A stretch of 64,000 bases of DNA from Octopus vulgaris (taxonomy: Eukaryota), in the NCBI GenBank assembly GCA_951406725.2, contig OX597825.1, positions 26,970,001 through 27,034,000 of the forward strand, written 5' to 3'. The translations under genes were made by a program, and so were the position numbers. The notes under the pieces are model-generated. The model had not been told where the DNA came from. It saw only the letters and a list, made by a program, of their open reading frames with translations, and ran no database searches. Of this stretch, positions 1 to 14,469 are shown piece after piece; position 1 is the stretch's first letter; each line of letters starts with the position of its first letter.

Positions 1-925
1 GGTTTTGATCGATATCTAGCTTGGACAGGCAGTTTGGATATTTTCCATGCAGGAGTTTACCTTCCCGGTTGTCTTCGATATTATTCATGCAAGCCTTCTT
101 TGGTTTTTGTTTGATGTTTTTGCTTCAAATGATACGTTTGTCACTATTTCGATCACTTTGGTCTTTCTGCTTGTTAATTTCTAAATCAGGATAAGCAATG
201 GTAGGTCTGTCAGTATTTGGTTGTCTTTGGTCATTCTTTTGCTATCTTGTTGGCCAAGAGACTCCTTTAAATTCATAGTCAAGCTTCATGGCTGAAACTT
301 GCATGGAAATGTCATGCTTCAGTGCAGTTCGGAAGAACAAATCAATTGTATTAAGGTACGTTTCAAGGCCTATTTGAACCTGTTTGATCAATATCAGACC
401 TCTTCCACCTACTTTTCTTGGGATATAAGTCCTGTTTACATCTGATTTTGGATATGTGCATGGGGTATCTTGTAAGGGTTTTACGGATCTTTCCATCCAT
501 ATTCTGCGTGTCAGTGAGACTCCACTTAATGATACAGGCATAGCCAAAGAATTGATCGCATTGATTCTGTTAGCAGTATTTAATTTTGGGTTTAGGACTA
601 TTCTTACCTTTTGGTGGCATTCCTTGCGGATTTTCTCTTTCATTTTAGATAGCTGGATACCATCACATTCATTGGTTTGGATACCATTACATTTTATGCT
701 TTCGATTAGTCTAGGTTTCGAATAGCTGTGGTAGTATATTCTATGCTTTCTGCCTTTATGAACATCCCTACCTTGAAGGTAGCCTTTGCACATTTATCAC
801 GTCGGAATTCCATACTTGTATCAGCGCCGAATTCATTGACAACATTCAAGAAATCTAATTATTTGTGGTCTTTAGCAAGCAGTTATTGTTCATCCGTATA
901 GAATAGGTGATTACTTTGTTTCGCT
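1..925 (-). mobile_element. Decayed R4/Dong-clade non-LTR retrotransposon fragment (RT C-terminal half and thumb), running off the window start
   Basis: Minus-strand translation across frameshifts gives NHLFYTDE (degenerate YMDD region), MEFRRDKCAK, RINAINSLAMPV, YPKSDVNRTYIPRKVGGRGL and KLLHGKYP, in the order expected for R4/Dong ORFs. Confidence 0.85.
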
Positions 926-2039
926 CTTTCCCGTTGTCCAATACATCTCTCAATTTTCAGTTTCCCATTTTCCCTGAATCAGCCTAATATCTCCTACATT
1001 CTGTCTTTCTATTCTAAGTAACAACCGTCTTACTAAGAGTAATTATCGATATAAACTATTCACCCTCTTATAGTATATATATTTGACGCACCTTCTCTTT
1101 ATGTGGTGATAACTTGTCTCCCACAAATGTTCTTCAACCAGCTGAATCTTACAGTCTTTTCCCTACAAATCACTCTCATTTTACTGTATTCAAATATTTA
1201 AAATAAACATAGACGAAGTGTATTTTTACATTGAATTCCTAGGTGATACTAATTAAATACCGAATAAAATATTTCTATTTCAGCTGGATGAAATAAATAT
1301 CTATGTTGCAATATATAACTGAAGATGATTGCTAATTGATACGATTTCAAAGCGAGGTCTCAAAGTACAATAAGTATATTTTCATAAATTTTAAATTGCA
1401 ATTCAAATGTAAAATTAGCAAAAATTGTATATACTTTCATTAAAAAAGTTTGACAAGTAAGAGGTAATTAAGAAATTAAATGTATAATATCGATACTACG
1501 ACTATTATATTTATTACATTTTATAATAATGATAATTATCATTATCATTATTATTATCATTAAAAGTATCGTAATAAATATTATAATCAACATCATCATC
1601 ATCCTCCCCCTCCTCCTCTTCATCATCATCATCGTTCTTATAAAAAAAATTAACATTATTATTAGCCCATTGTTATTTCCAATATTATTTATCGTAGATA
1701 AGTTAAAGTCATGAAGAATAATTACCGTCAAACTAAATATAGAGTTTGATATAGTGTAGTGTAAATGGTAAATTAATGAAAGATTAATTGAAAAGAGAAA
1801 ACAGTTTGAAACCACACGGTACATTAAATCTAAATGAAATACAATGATATAAAATGGCGGACATTATATGGATAATGGAAATTACAAATTGGTATATTTT
1901 ATGCTTGTACGCTCGTATGTATTGTGTGTACTTATATTTGATTAGATAGATAGCCACAGACATTTATGTCTTTGCACACATACAGCCTATAGCATATGTA
2001 TGTATACATAGATACGCACACACATACGCACCGATACAG

Positions 2040-2090
<51 letters not shown>

Positions 2091-2329
2091 TATACACAAC
2101 ACACACACACAAACACACACACACACACTCATACACAAACACACGCACACACATATTAATGATAGTTTTTCTGTTCAAGTAAAACAATTGTACGTTAATA
2201 TGAGAAGGTTACTCTGAACTTGTGCAAAGTACGAATTTATTAGTCATCGTACGACAATGGCTTAGGTCACCGAAACTTCGAAGTCACTATCAAGAACATC
2301 CTTGATTAAGAATAACATTCATATATCTC

Positions 2330-2660
<331 letters not shown>

Positions 2661-4476
2661 TAAAATGATACACGTATATACGAAATTAAATAATATGCAC
2701 CAACACACACAATACATACACACATACATACAGACTTACATACGTAGACACATGCATGAATTAATTGTATATCATCACGCTTGTAAGAATATTATGTTAA
2801 ATAAATCATTGAGATTAACAATCTTGGTAATCAATTTAAACATATATTTTATATAATGTCTGGCTAATGTTTACAAAAGTTTCATACAATTGCTCCAAAT
2901 AGCAAACGGAGTTTGTTTAATGGATGCAAATTATAAACAGTGCTGATTTTCAATGCGATAATTTAGTTCCTTCTTCAACTGATGATTCAGGAAATAAATT
3001 ACCTTGGGTTCATTGGTTTGAATCACTTGGTAGTTGTCAGACTGAATAATATATTTAGTATATAATTCTGTACAGGGTTTCAACTCATACAGAAATTAAG
3101 TTATCCGCTGTTGGGAGGGGGTGTTTTGTTTTCTGTTATATTTGCATCTACTAATAAGTAAGTTACGGCATGAAAACTTTAAATATTCGATACATTTTAT
3201 GAATAATTCATTCACTACTTTTGCTGCAACAGTGTTGTGCCATAGCAATATAAATGTTCATATACTATTTTGTTTAATGTATGAATGATCTTTATATGTG
3301 CCAACGCAAATTAATTAATTTTAACTTTTCTGTGCTGTACTTTGAGTTGTATATACTTAGAAAATATGAATTGAATGCAACATATTCTATATCCAATTTG
3401 TGTTGTGTTGTTCAAAATGTCAATAACTTTAATCTAGTTTAAATGCTATGAAGTATTTTGTAGGGTTCTGCCAGGAGAACTATGAATACAAGTCTCAATG
3501 CAGGTAGCAAGCAGTGCACTGAAAATTGATTCAAATGAAGATTTTAACGGTACGCAACTTCCAATAACTAGTAGTGCTCTACCGAAATAATAAAAAAGTG
3601 AACAGAAAAATTTTATCATACATGAGTGGTTCAAACTGAATATTTTTTGTTGAGTAGAGATTCCTCTATTGAAAGAAACCCTCTTTGTATTTCATATGAC
3701 AATGCTTCATTTGTTCTTCGATTAAAAGTATTTCATTGAAGCAGTTCATCTGTGTCATGTTGTGTCCATCTATTTACGTTACCTAAAATAATGATACATA
3801 ATTTTCATTAATATAAGAATGTTTCGAAATTCATCCCTGTATTTATACTATCGCCACTGAAATTGGATACGAACTGATGACGAATATCAGCTTCAGGAAA
3901 ATTCTACCTCATCACGCTATAACTAGTGTATGAGATATTGCGTAAGAGAAAATATATAATCTAGAGACAATGCTAGTAATTTTCTAGTCTTTCTAAACAA
4001 ACTAATCATTGCGCTGAAGTTAGTTCGGATTCTTTTGAGAATTATCATGAGTGTAATATTAGATTCTTGTGAACTGGATCTGAGGTTACTTGATAACATA
4101 TTAAGTTCTCTCCAGCATTTTATGGAGTATTTATATTTTCTTCAGCAAATGTCGGAGCTGGCGAATATTATATATTTCATTATCGCTTAGTTCGAAATGG
4201 AATAATAATTACGGAAGTTCTTTGACGTACTTTTGACAGATATTTTAAAGCGCTGAAATAATTGATAGCAGTCTGCGTTTGGTATTCAGTTCCCTAAGTT
4301 CATTTCAAATGAGTCTCAACAATAACCTGCATGGTATTAAATTACGAGCTATATAAACAGTTAAACCGCACCGACATAAAGTGTGGCTTCGCACTTGTGA
4401 CACCAAATTTTACAGATATAAACACACAGACACACACATACGCACGCTTACAGACAAACACACATACATATACTTG

Positions 4477-4514
<38 letters not shown>

Positions 4515-5989
4515 TGACAACAGAATGTTTTAGATACGGGAAAGAAGAACTTGCAAATACGTGGAATCATTCAGATGAAGTCCATGCTTCCCATAAATAC
4601 CACCTCGAATCAAATTTATCACACAGGAAGACTTAGAAAATCAACACAACTTGTGTAATGTGTCAGTTGTATTATTTACTTTAAAGGGACGGATATTTTA
4701 TTAGATTTCTTACTGGCATTAAGTGTTTAAAGTCATATATTCCTGTTTTTATCGCTGGCACTTCTAACATTGCAATCGTTATTGTCATTGATTGTGATTT
4801 TGTATAATTTACTGTGAAAGTCAAGATGGATGAAGAAGACAATTGAAGATTCTCATGCCCCCATCGACGGCCAAACGATCGTCTTACGCATTATGAGTTT
4901 TAAACTTTCAAACTTTCATACTTATTTGGCATGACTTGCACTAGCTTCGTCATATATCATTGGTATGCATGTCAACTTAAACGAGATATCAGAATCGTGT
5001 TGATATATTATGTCCTACTAGTGTAAGCTATTTAATAGTATACAGAAGTACACACACATATGTGTTTATTTATTCGTTATTTGAAGAGTGCTTTTTACGT
5101 TGAGTTTGTGCAGAATGAGCCTCTTCAGTCTGTATGTTGTTAACAGATTAACCTTAGAAATATACTTAAGTCTGAGTATGCGGAAAAGGTGTTGTTAGAA
5201 AAAAATAAACAAAACAAAACTGGTGATTGTTGGAAACAGTAAATTTGAGCTATATACATAGTAAATATTATGAATGTCACAGATTTAATATATGTGCGCT
5301 GTTAAAGGATTTCAGAGCGAAGTAATTTGTCATGGGAAAGTCTATTTAAAAACATGTAGTGTATTCAAAAATATGGTGTAGCTCATTGACGTACCAAACG
5401 ATTCGCTACGGAGGTGTACGAGAACAACAAATATTAATATTTAGCTTTTATTGCAGCTCATCATTACCCTATACTCAACTGAGCTTCGAAGCGAATTCCA
5501 ATCATTGACCTGAAATATATACACACAACGTAAACTCTATATTCTAATGTGTATAAGACCCTGATGCGATGCAATAACAGCGGATTATCGATATCTGTCG
5601 TTTTTTCTCACCTCGGAGCAATTAGTAAAATCTGTGCCTGTGCGTGTATGTATGCATGTATATTTGCGTGTGCATGGTTTTGGGGTTAAATTTCACGATT
5701 ATTAATTTCTCCCAGGAACATTCACGGGCGTTAGAGAGCATAATGATTAAAGTAGTAATTAACATAAAGGCATCTGACGTGGTGAGACCTAATTGGATTG
5801 CAACTGGCTACTGTAAAAGGTTTATCAGTATCATGAGGATTCGTACTGAGCATTGCAAAGGCTGTAAGTCTTGGACATAGCAGCTTGAACTGAGACGATG
5901 AGTCCGTGGTCAGCAAAAAACGACACACGGGGCGTTAAGACTGCGTCCACATGCCATAATTCTTATTACAACTGACTAACAGTTTCTAG

Positions 5990-6130
5990 GCCCAACTGAG
6001 ACAGCCATGTCAAGCTGTTGGAAATTGATGTAAAACCCTGCCTGAATGAAAACTCTGGTGGAAGGCCATACGTGCGCCAATAGGATTCGGCTCTTTGCTA
6101 TACCTGAAGAGTCGATGTCGGAGAGTTTCT
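5990..6130 (+). mobile_element. Tc1/mariner (maT/DD37D-like) transposase fragment, second catalytic D region
   Basis: Translates LLEIDVKPCLNENSGGRPYVRQ*DSALCYT, a degenerate VKPW...GRPYVWQQDSAPCHT motif. Confidence 0.7.
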
Positions 6131-6496
6131 ACTTATTTATCAGACCAGCTTCTCGCCTTCTACTTACGCTGATTGTAATAATATGGATTACTCTGTAAGG
6201 TTCGGCTGAGAAAAGCTTGAGAAATGCTTGAACATGTTTGAACAGGCTGAATTTGTGGCTAAGATCGAGAGCGTGTTCCAAAATCTTCCTAGTGATAATG
6301 CGACTAATGCATGAGTCAGGATCCAAAGTCGCTTTCAAGATGAGCTTACAATCTGTAAGCGATCTATATATATGCTGTTATATCATAAGTTGTTAATAAT
6401 ATAAATAACTAAACTGTTATATCACAACCATCATCTCCATATGTTTTGACTTTTAAAAATACTATTCTCTTTGATGGGATCTTGTTTTCTTTCTCC

Positions 6497-6558
<62 letters not shown>

Positions 6559-7559
6559 GTGTGTGTTTGTGTTTGTGTGTCTGTGTGTGAATATATGTGT
6601 ATGTTTAGATATATATGTATGATTGTATATAGATATGGATATGGATATAACAGAATGGTTCCATTGTGTTTACATGCAGATATTTCTGATATATTTTCAT
6701 AGGAAAGGAAAATATAAAATGATAAAAGCACAATATAAAGGATAAAGAATCATTATGTATGGTAATTTTTTTCTAGTGCTTTTGAAGTACTGAACCAGTA
6801 GGTCATTTTTTTTGTTATCGTTTGCTGCTGCAAGTCGTTAGCATAGTGAAGCAAACAAATATATCTAAGCATGTCATATATCGTGTTTGAGAACATAAGA
6901 AAATGACGAAATCAGTTCAAATCAATGTAAACATATTTTATTGTCTTCGCCAGTAAGCAATATATCTGAAATCCACGGATATTACTGATTCTGGCTTCAT
7001 TCATTTTCTAAACCAAAAGACCATTTATATTTCAATGTCTACGTTGTGTAGCACATAATTATGGAATCTCAACATACCGGCTGAGAGGGAAGCTTTGATG
7101 TATGGCTTCCTTTCATGCTTTGATCAAATAAATGCTATTGAAGAAATTAGCAATAATCAGAAGTTTGTATTGAGAGTAGAAAGTTGGTTAGATAATAGGG
7201 GTTGCGGGGTTGATATACTTAAGAGTGTATATGAGGTAGGATTTAAGAGTGAATGAAGATGTGCGTGCAGATGAACAGGACTTGCCTAACCCAAAAGACC
7301 TGGACAATTGATGCTTTTCCGAAGAATCCACTAAAAATTCTTTATTGATCATAAAAGTATTAATGAAAGCTATTGAGCTAAAAAGAACCAGTATGTATAT
7401 AAGAACAGCAACAACACCAAAAACAAATTGCAAGTCAACAACAAAACCGTTCATAGTACTAATATAAATATAAACAAGAAGAAAACTACAAACCGAATAA
7501 GAGTAACACGAAGCTTAATGATGACGAAGAGGTTGCTTCTACTGTTGCTGATAATAATA

Positions 7560-7734
7560 ATGCTGCTGCTGATGATGATGGTTATAGTGGCGGAGTGGGA
7601 GGAGCTGTTGCTTTTGGTAGTGGTGGCGATGATGATGATGAAGAGGAGGAAGATGAAGGGGATGGTGATGATGATGAAGATGATGATGATGATGATAATG
7701 ATGAAGATAATGATGATGGTGGTGGTGGTGGTGG

Positions 7735-7796
<62 letters not shown>

Positions 7797-7854
7797 GTGG
7801 TGGTGATAATGATGATGGTGGTGGTGGTGATGATGCTGGTGGTGGTGGTGGTGG

Positions 7855-7895
<41 letters not shown>

Positions 7896-7971
7896 GTGGT
7901 GGTGATGATGATGATGGTGGTGGTGATGATGATGATGATGGTGGTGATGATGATGATGGTGCTTGTGGTTG

Positions 7972-8006
<35 letters not shown>

Positions 8007-8170
8007 GTGGTGGTGATGATGATGATGATGAGGAGGAGGATGTTGATGGTGGTGGTTGTGGTGGAGGTGGTTGTTGCGGTGGTGGTGATGATGTTGAGCA
8101 GGAAGATGGTGCTGCTTTAGGAGATGATGATGATGATGATGGTGGTGATGATGATCATGATGATCATGAT
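7560..8170. repeat. Long compound (GAT)n/(GGT)n trinucleotide repeat
   Basis: About 600 bp of interleaved GAT and GGT runs; source of the poly-M/V and poly-D/G ORFs. Confidence 0.95.
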
Positions 8171-9099
8171 TTAACCATCGAAATAGATGAATGCATGAAT
8201 ATTATATGCATATGGGAGAACTGCGTATGCAAAACGTGAAAAAAAGATTTTATTACTGGAGATATTTTGCTAGAGTGATGGCGGGGAAAATAATACATAT
8301 TAACCGCGAGCATCATAACCGTTCATTGTGCTTAACGTGTTTGAATTTCTTATTGTGTAGGCGTGTATGCAAAATTGCAATATTTCAGCTGAAGATATTC
8401 TAATGAAAATTGTGAGTATTTCGATCCCACGTCTAGTATATATATATATTAATTGTGAAATGATATTTTCTTAGTGATATTGCTGTGATTTAACAGCATT
8501 GAGATATGTAACTCAAGTAGAAATGAGTATTACAATTGACAAAGTGCAACCTAAAGTTGTTGAAAGAAATTAAATCTGCAAATGATCTAGCAGATGCTAA
8601 GTTTATCTAAATTCAAATGCGAATAGATAGTACAAATAAGGAGGGAAAATAATTGCAAGAATTAACGGATTATCTTCTCGCATGTCATTGGGCTATTTAG
8701 ACAAACGTTGCTGTTACTCAGAGAAAGCTGAGATAATACATCACACAGGACGATGATATGCCACAAAGTTCTTGACTAAATAGGTTATATCGTTCCATTT
8801 ACGTTTGTGAAATTTGGAGATTGTATTCCGTCTAGGTTATTAGAGGTACGCATACTTTCTATTAAAATAAGATGATTGCTACGTAGAAACAATATGGCGT
8901 ATTACGTGTGATGTTTACGTTAATTGCGCTAGTAATTTAATTTCTACATGATCAAATTAGTGTATTTAAATCCTATAATAATTAAATGTCAGAAAGGCAT
9001 GTTCGGAAATTCCCAACCGCATTCCTTTTACTTAGGTATTTCTGGCTTAGTACCATTCTTACATTTCTCATCCAGGCCGGTACTTGAATGTCACTACTC

Positions 9100-9310
9100 A
9101 GTATTTTGTCTGGGCCAGGCGCTTTCCAGTTAGGACTTTTCCAGCACTGATCTCTAATCATCTCCTCGGTTATTCTCAAATCCTCCTGCAGATACTCTCC
9201 ATTCTCCTCTTTGATCGTCTTTAACTACTCTGCTTCAGTTTCATTTTGTTTCTCTCGGGAACATATGTCTAACAAGAAACTTTTGCTTTCTTCAGCATCC
9301 AGCACGGCTT
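9100..9310 (-). mobile_element. R4/Dong-clade fragment, RT N-terminal region
   Basis: DAEESKSF...LRITEEMIRDQCWKSPNWKAPGPDKI; NWKAPGPD is the usual motif upstream of R4-type RT. Confidence 0.8.
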
Positions 9311-9312
9311 GG

Positions 9313-9580
9313 TCATCTATGACAACAGGTATAAGTTTTGAGATTCCACATTTTGCCAATTTCTATTTCAAGGTCTTTATACTTGCTTAGTTTTCGGTAG
9401 ACCTTGACAGATACATCTATCTCGATTGGGACGGTCATATCAATAAGGAGGCATGATTTTTGTCTGAAGTCCTTCAATATGATATCTGGCCTATTCCCAT
9501 CTATCTTTCTATCCGTTTGAAAAGTGGATTTCCAGAGGAGTGAGATGTGATCATTTTCAAGCACCCGGGTGTAGCACGTA
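9313..9580 (-). mobile_element. R4/Dong-clade restriction-like endonuclease (REL) fragment
   Basis: LENDHISLLW...QTDRKIDGNRPDIILKD...LLIDMTVP...KLSKYKDLEIEIGKMW, containing the RPD-x-D-K-KY REL signature. Confidence 0.9.
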
Positions 9581-9609
9581 CATATTTTTATTCAGCGCGG
9601 AGCCGGAAC

Positions 9610-9732
9610 TTGTTATTGTTGTTGTTGTTGTTGTTGTTGTTGCTGTTGTTGTTGTTGTTGTTGTTGTTGCTGTTGTTGTTGTTGTTGTTGTTGCTGTTGT
9701 TGTTGTTGTTGTTGCTGTTGCTGTTGCTGTTT
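9610..9732. repeat. (TTG)n/(CTG) microsatellite
   Basis: Directly visible. Confidence 0.95.
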
Positions 9733-9899
9733 GTAACTGCCTTTTAATTTAACAACTTTCCCATATCTTGCCCAGTGCCATTCCGTTATTCGATGTATGT
9801 TTTGCCTGAACGGTTTTTGAAAATCATATCTAGTTTATTGGCTTTGGTTATTCTGAAGGTGGTTACAAAAAAAATAAGAGAAAGCAAAGAATTGTTACA

Positions 9900-11045
9900 A
9901 TCCTCTCTTTTGTTAATCCGCTGGAAGATATTTGTACCATTTTCCCACTATATTTTTTCACATGGCCTGCATATTATACTATGTAAATATTGCTCTTTTC
10001 TATCATGTCTAGTTTTATACTTCTGAGTCCAATGTTTTACAGTCTGAAACAGGGTAATGAATGTTCTCAACTTTTTCATCGCATTTTCATCAACATTTAG
10101 GCTCGTCTCCATATCTGATTACGCGCAGTGAAAGACGGTGGTCTTGTGTGACCAAATTGATGCATTCAATCCCTTCTTATAGACCGGAACACTGTAGTTT
10201 TTGGTTGGTGGGCATTAAATCTAAGCCACTTTATTTACAAAGGAGGAGATACAGCTCAAACAGTGTTTTTGATCTCATGTAACGCACAGTTAAATTGACA
10301 TTGATTTTTTGCCAAAATTTCGATGTTTTTTAGCAGCTTTAAATACATAATTATGATAATTTCCAAACCCATCCATTATGTATTCCAAATTCTTCCGCAA
10401 CCTTCCTACATTGATTCGTGACTAAATGTAAATTTTGTCTCCTTTTCATCCCTGCAGCCATTTTCTGCATCCAGTTATCAGTAATTTGAAGGTATTGCTC
10501 GAGACCATTGATTAATATTTTGCATGGCAGCAAAATTTGGCTCTACCCCCACTTTGTCTAGAGAGATGGAGTCAATCCAAAACTGCTTTTGGGTGATGTA
10601 GCTTATATTACAAATTAGACCATTCCTGATTTTGGTGTGCATTTACTTTCTTAAGCTAACGCTTCATTTTATGATGTTGCAAATATAGACGGTCATATGT
10701 GTTGAACAACCGATTATAGCACATTTTGTATTCTTCGAGTTGGACTCTGATTTCATGGCAGCATGAACTCTCCAGTATAATTTCTTCCTGATATTCTTTC
10801 ATATTGGTATGCTGAATATCTCGGCTTTCATCGTAGCTTTGTTCCTTTTTACTGTTCCTCGATTACTGTATCCACATACATTTCAATTGGTTTTGTACTC
10901 ATCTTTCTGAATATCTTGAGTGTTGCTTTCGCTCATTTATCCATTTCAAACGACATCCATGCTTTATCACTGAACTCTTTAACTGTCTGCACCAGTCCAT
11001 TCACCTCGTTGTCGGATTTAGCCCACAGTTTCAAGTCGTTATTAA
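9900..11045 (-). mobile_element. Heavily decayed R4/Dong-clade fragment (RT end to zinc-knuckle region)
   Basis: NDLKLWAKSDNEVNGLVQTVKEFS...MSFEMDK at 11045-10935; TQD...EPKC...ENIHYPVSDCKTL...HDR...QYLH...KWY across frameshifts at about 10200-9910. Confidence 0.7.
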
Positions 11046-11056
11046 CAATGTTGACA

Positions 11057-11232
11057 GCATGACGTGGCAGCTTCGTTAGCACGTCGGGCAAAATGCGTAG
11101 TGGAACGTCAAATTCCACCGAAGTCACCTTTGCCTTCCGTCCGTTCGGGGTCGAGAAAGTAAGTACCAGTTAAGCACTGGAGTCGACTTCCCTCTCTCTA
11201 AAATTGCTGTCCTTGCACCAAAATTTGAAATC
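11057..11232 (+). mobile_element. tRNA-derived SINE, family A, with (TAA)n tail to about 11296
   Basis: GTTAGCACGTCGGGCAAAATGCG...AAATTCCACCGAAGTC...TTCGGGGTCGA...AAGTACCAG shared with the copies at 17640, 47600, 59040 and 61215. Confidence 0.8.
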
Positions 11233-11237
11233 AACAC

Positions 11238-11272
<35 letters not shown>

Positions 11273-11314
11273 TAATAATAATAATAATAATAATAAATAT
11301 TATTATTATTATTA

Positions 11315-11763
11315 TTGAGTGAGAGAGCAGTTCATGCCATCAAAGTGACACTGGGGTAAAATATACGAAGCCCAATATACCCATCATGACTACCCGTCTG
11401 ATAAAGGTACACCAGGCACATGCATCACAACCATATGTGCGCGACATGGTGATCTCATATCAAGATAAACAGCACATGTTGAACGAAACACCTATGTTTC
11501 CAGAGGTGAATTATTCAAACCCCAAAGAATCCCTCTCAACACATGGCCATGATGCTCCCCCACTACTTCTGCTCGTGATCAGAGATGCACATACCATCAG
11601 CCACTAAGGGACATGCTCAACTGGTTAAGGCCAAACAACTGACAAGCAAATCTGTGGTATTGAGCAGAATATTTGCTGTAGCCCATCTTTTATACCAAGA
11701 CAAAACAATGTACATGATAACACTTCCAATCAGTTAACATCAGAAGCCATGAGAGCCACTGCC
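11315..11763 (-). mobile_element. Non-coding interspersed element embedded in (TAA)n; second copy at 59714-60240
   Basis: High identity to the reverse complement of 59754-60240; flanked on both sides by TTA runs; carries an internal deletion. Confidence 0.85.
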
Positions 11764-11949
11764 TTATTATTATTATTATTATTATTATAGTTGCTGTTGT
11801 TTTGTTTTGTTGCCATTTTTTAAAATGGCAACACGTGTGATATCTACTGTTTATGTAACTTTTTTCCTGAATTTCCTCTACTTTTCCGAGGTAATTTTGT
11901 AAAAGCGTTGCATTTGTCTTCCAAATGTGACACCGCATGTACAGAAATA

Positions 11950-11977
11950 AGTAGTAGTAGTAGTAGTAGTAGTAGTT

Positions 11978-12023
<46 letters not shown>

Positions 12024-12043
12024 CAGCAGCAGCAGCAGCAGTA

Positions 12044-12094
<51 letters not shown>

Positions 12095-12143
12095 ATAGTA
12101 GTAGTAGTAGTAGTAGTTGTTGTTGTTGTTGTTGCTGTTGTTG
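11950..12143. repeat. (TAG)n/(CAG)n/(TTG)n compound microsatellite
   Basis: Directly visible. Confidence 0.95.
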
Positions 12144-12149
12144 TACTTA

Positions 12150-12385
12150 GGCAAATGTACACAGGCTCTGTATGAAGAGAAATAAAGGTGGACGTGGGCT
12201 GGTTAGCGTAGGGGAATGCATCAACAGTGAAAGAAAAGAAACATGACAGAATCTTTGGTAAACAGCAAAGAAGACCTGCTGCAACATGCTGCTAGTGCAG
12301 AAGCAATAAGCAAAAATGAAACTGCGAGTGCTCATGAATTCCGATCAAGAACAGTCAACGAGACAGAAGAAACCCTACTCCGTAT
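12150..12385 (+). mobile_element. R4/Dong-clade fragment (thumb region)
   Basis: ANVHRLCMKRNKGGRGLVSVGECINSE matches the RLY..R..GGRGL motif. Confidence 0.75.
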
Positions 12386-14055
12386 GGGATCCTTGTCTCT
12401 CTGTTATCTCTCCACTCTTTTACCGTATGGTCTGCATACGACTTGGGTCGATATAATTAACTGGTAGGTACCCTAAAATTGCAAGCCATGTGTTTCTATC
12501 AGCAGCCAATATGTTCATTATTAATCCAAGGTTAAATGTAATCAAGGATGCATATGATAAATAGGCATTTAATCTGTCAATAGACTAAGGTTATTTTGCT
12601 TTGAAGGCTTACAATAATACAATACAGTGAAGCTTAATTTAGGGTAGATTAAGGTATTATTTCAATTAGATATAGCGACCAGAAAGAGGATCCATTACTT
12701 GTTCGTCCAATTAGTGAGTGTTTATGAATTATTTAATCCATGACATAAGAACAGCTATCTGTGTATATTTTACATTGACTTTCTTGGTGTCCATGATATC
12801 CCCACCACTAAAAAAGGGAACAAAACATTGTAATAGGAAGGTGTAGTATCTTTCGTATTTATACACGCTTTCTGCCTTTATTAGTTACGGAGTTATTGAA
12901 ATAGACATGATAAATAATGTGATTAATGGATTAATGAGTGATAAATTTTCGGTGTTGACGTTAAGGATTAATGAGTTGAAGGAATCACCAGGAAAATGCT
13001 ATTAGTGTATGCATTCATTTTCATGGTGCTATCGTATAATCATAAAATACAATGAATATGATTGGGTATGTTCATTAAATTACCTTTGCAATGCGGTTGT
13101 CTAATCAGATCGTAAGAGTATTATCGATAATTCTACATACATAAAAGAGTAAATCTGGATAAATTCAGCCGGGCACACCTAGATAAAAATTGAACTAAGT
13201 TTTGCTGGTAACGATAATATAGACTATAAAATCATCCCCTCTGACGATACTTTATTTGAGCTATGTATCACGTTATCTACCCCAGCCAAATATCGTACTG
13301 TCGATAACAAGACGGAAATGGGTAAAATCTCTGGCAAATGCTTCATTCTGATTCGATTCCTGTAAAACGAATATTTCTGTGAATTGTATATGAAGGGATT
13401 TCTTTGGTGATATGCTAATAAAATGTGTGTAAATTCTATTGATTACGGTAGAATTTGCACTTTAAGAAAATATTCAAATTACGTGGACCATTAATCATTA
13501 TAGTATTGCATACCTTAAGAAATCTTAGATGCCTGATGCATATATACTTTTCACATGCAGCTGAATGCGGCGCCGAACCACATGAAAACATAATTTATGC
13601 AGATTCAAGCAAAATTGAAAGTATTTGCTTTTAACCAGATAAACGCAACTGAATATGCCTTCATGAATTTTATGTATGATTTTGTGGGGATATGTATATA
13701 AACATTTGTTTCTCTGTGTTTGCGTGTGTGTGTGTGTGTGTGTGTGTGTATGCGTATTTATGTGTTTTTGTGTTGTATGAGATTTCGTTTCCTTCGGCTT
13801 TATATTTTTGTATACAATATATTGTCGGTGCGGTATTATATATTCATTCTATTCAAGAGCTATCTGCATATACATATGTACAGACATCAAATTATTTTAA
13901 TGAAATAGCTATTTAAACTACGTGAATATAACCACACATTCTTAAATGTAAATATAGTTTTAACCACATATAAATATACACATCTGCATCCCTGCAAGCA
14001 TGGTAGGTACTACTACGTGGTTGAATGTGTATGTTGGTAGGTATACATACAAACA

Positions 14056-14133
<78 letters not shown>

Positions 14134-14469
14134 ACCAAGGAAAGAGCAACAAGAATGGATTAGTAGTTTAGTACAATTGTTTGGTACTAAGAATGTTTTA
14201 ATTAAAGCTGCAAATATTGCAGCAAATACAATGTCCAGTATTCATCAGCTAAATCACATATATGTTTTCCAGACATCCTAGAGAATGTAACTATCCATTA
14301 TGAAGTATTAAGAGTTCTATGAATTTGAAGCCAGATAATAAGTAGACTTAAATGTTTCCTAATAATGCACAGTTTAAAAAAATAGATGTTATAATGATTG
14401 TTAACTTCTCATAGAAGGTAAATCCATCCATAAAGATGCAGATATAAATATAAATTCCAAGAGACATAA

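Noticed and set aside
3463-3503. Possible small host exon (TTTTGTAG...CAG/GTAGC)
   Set aside because: Weak donor site, no recognisable peptide and no partner exons
7428-8239. Asp/Gly-rich and Met/Val-rich ORFs (possible acidic biomineral-type protein)
   Set aside because: Both frames are open only because of the GAT/GGT microsatellite; no signal peptide, splice support or non-repetitive domain
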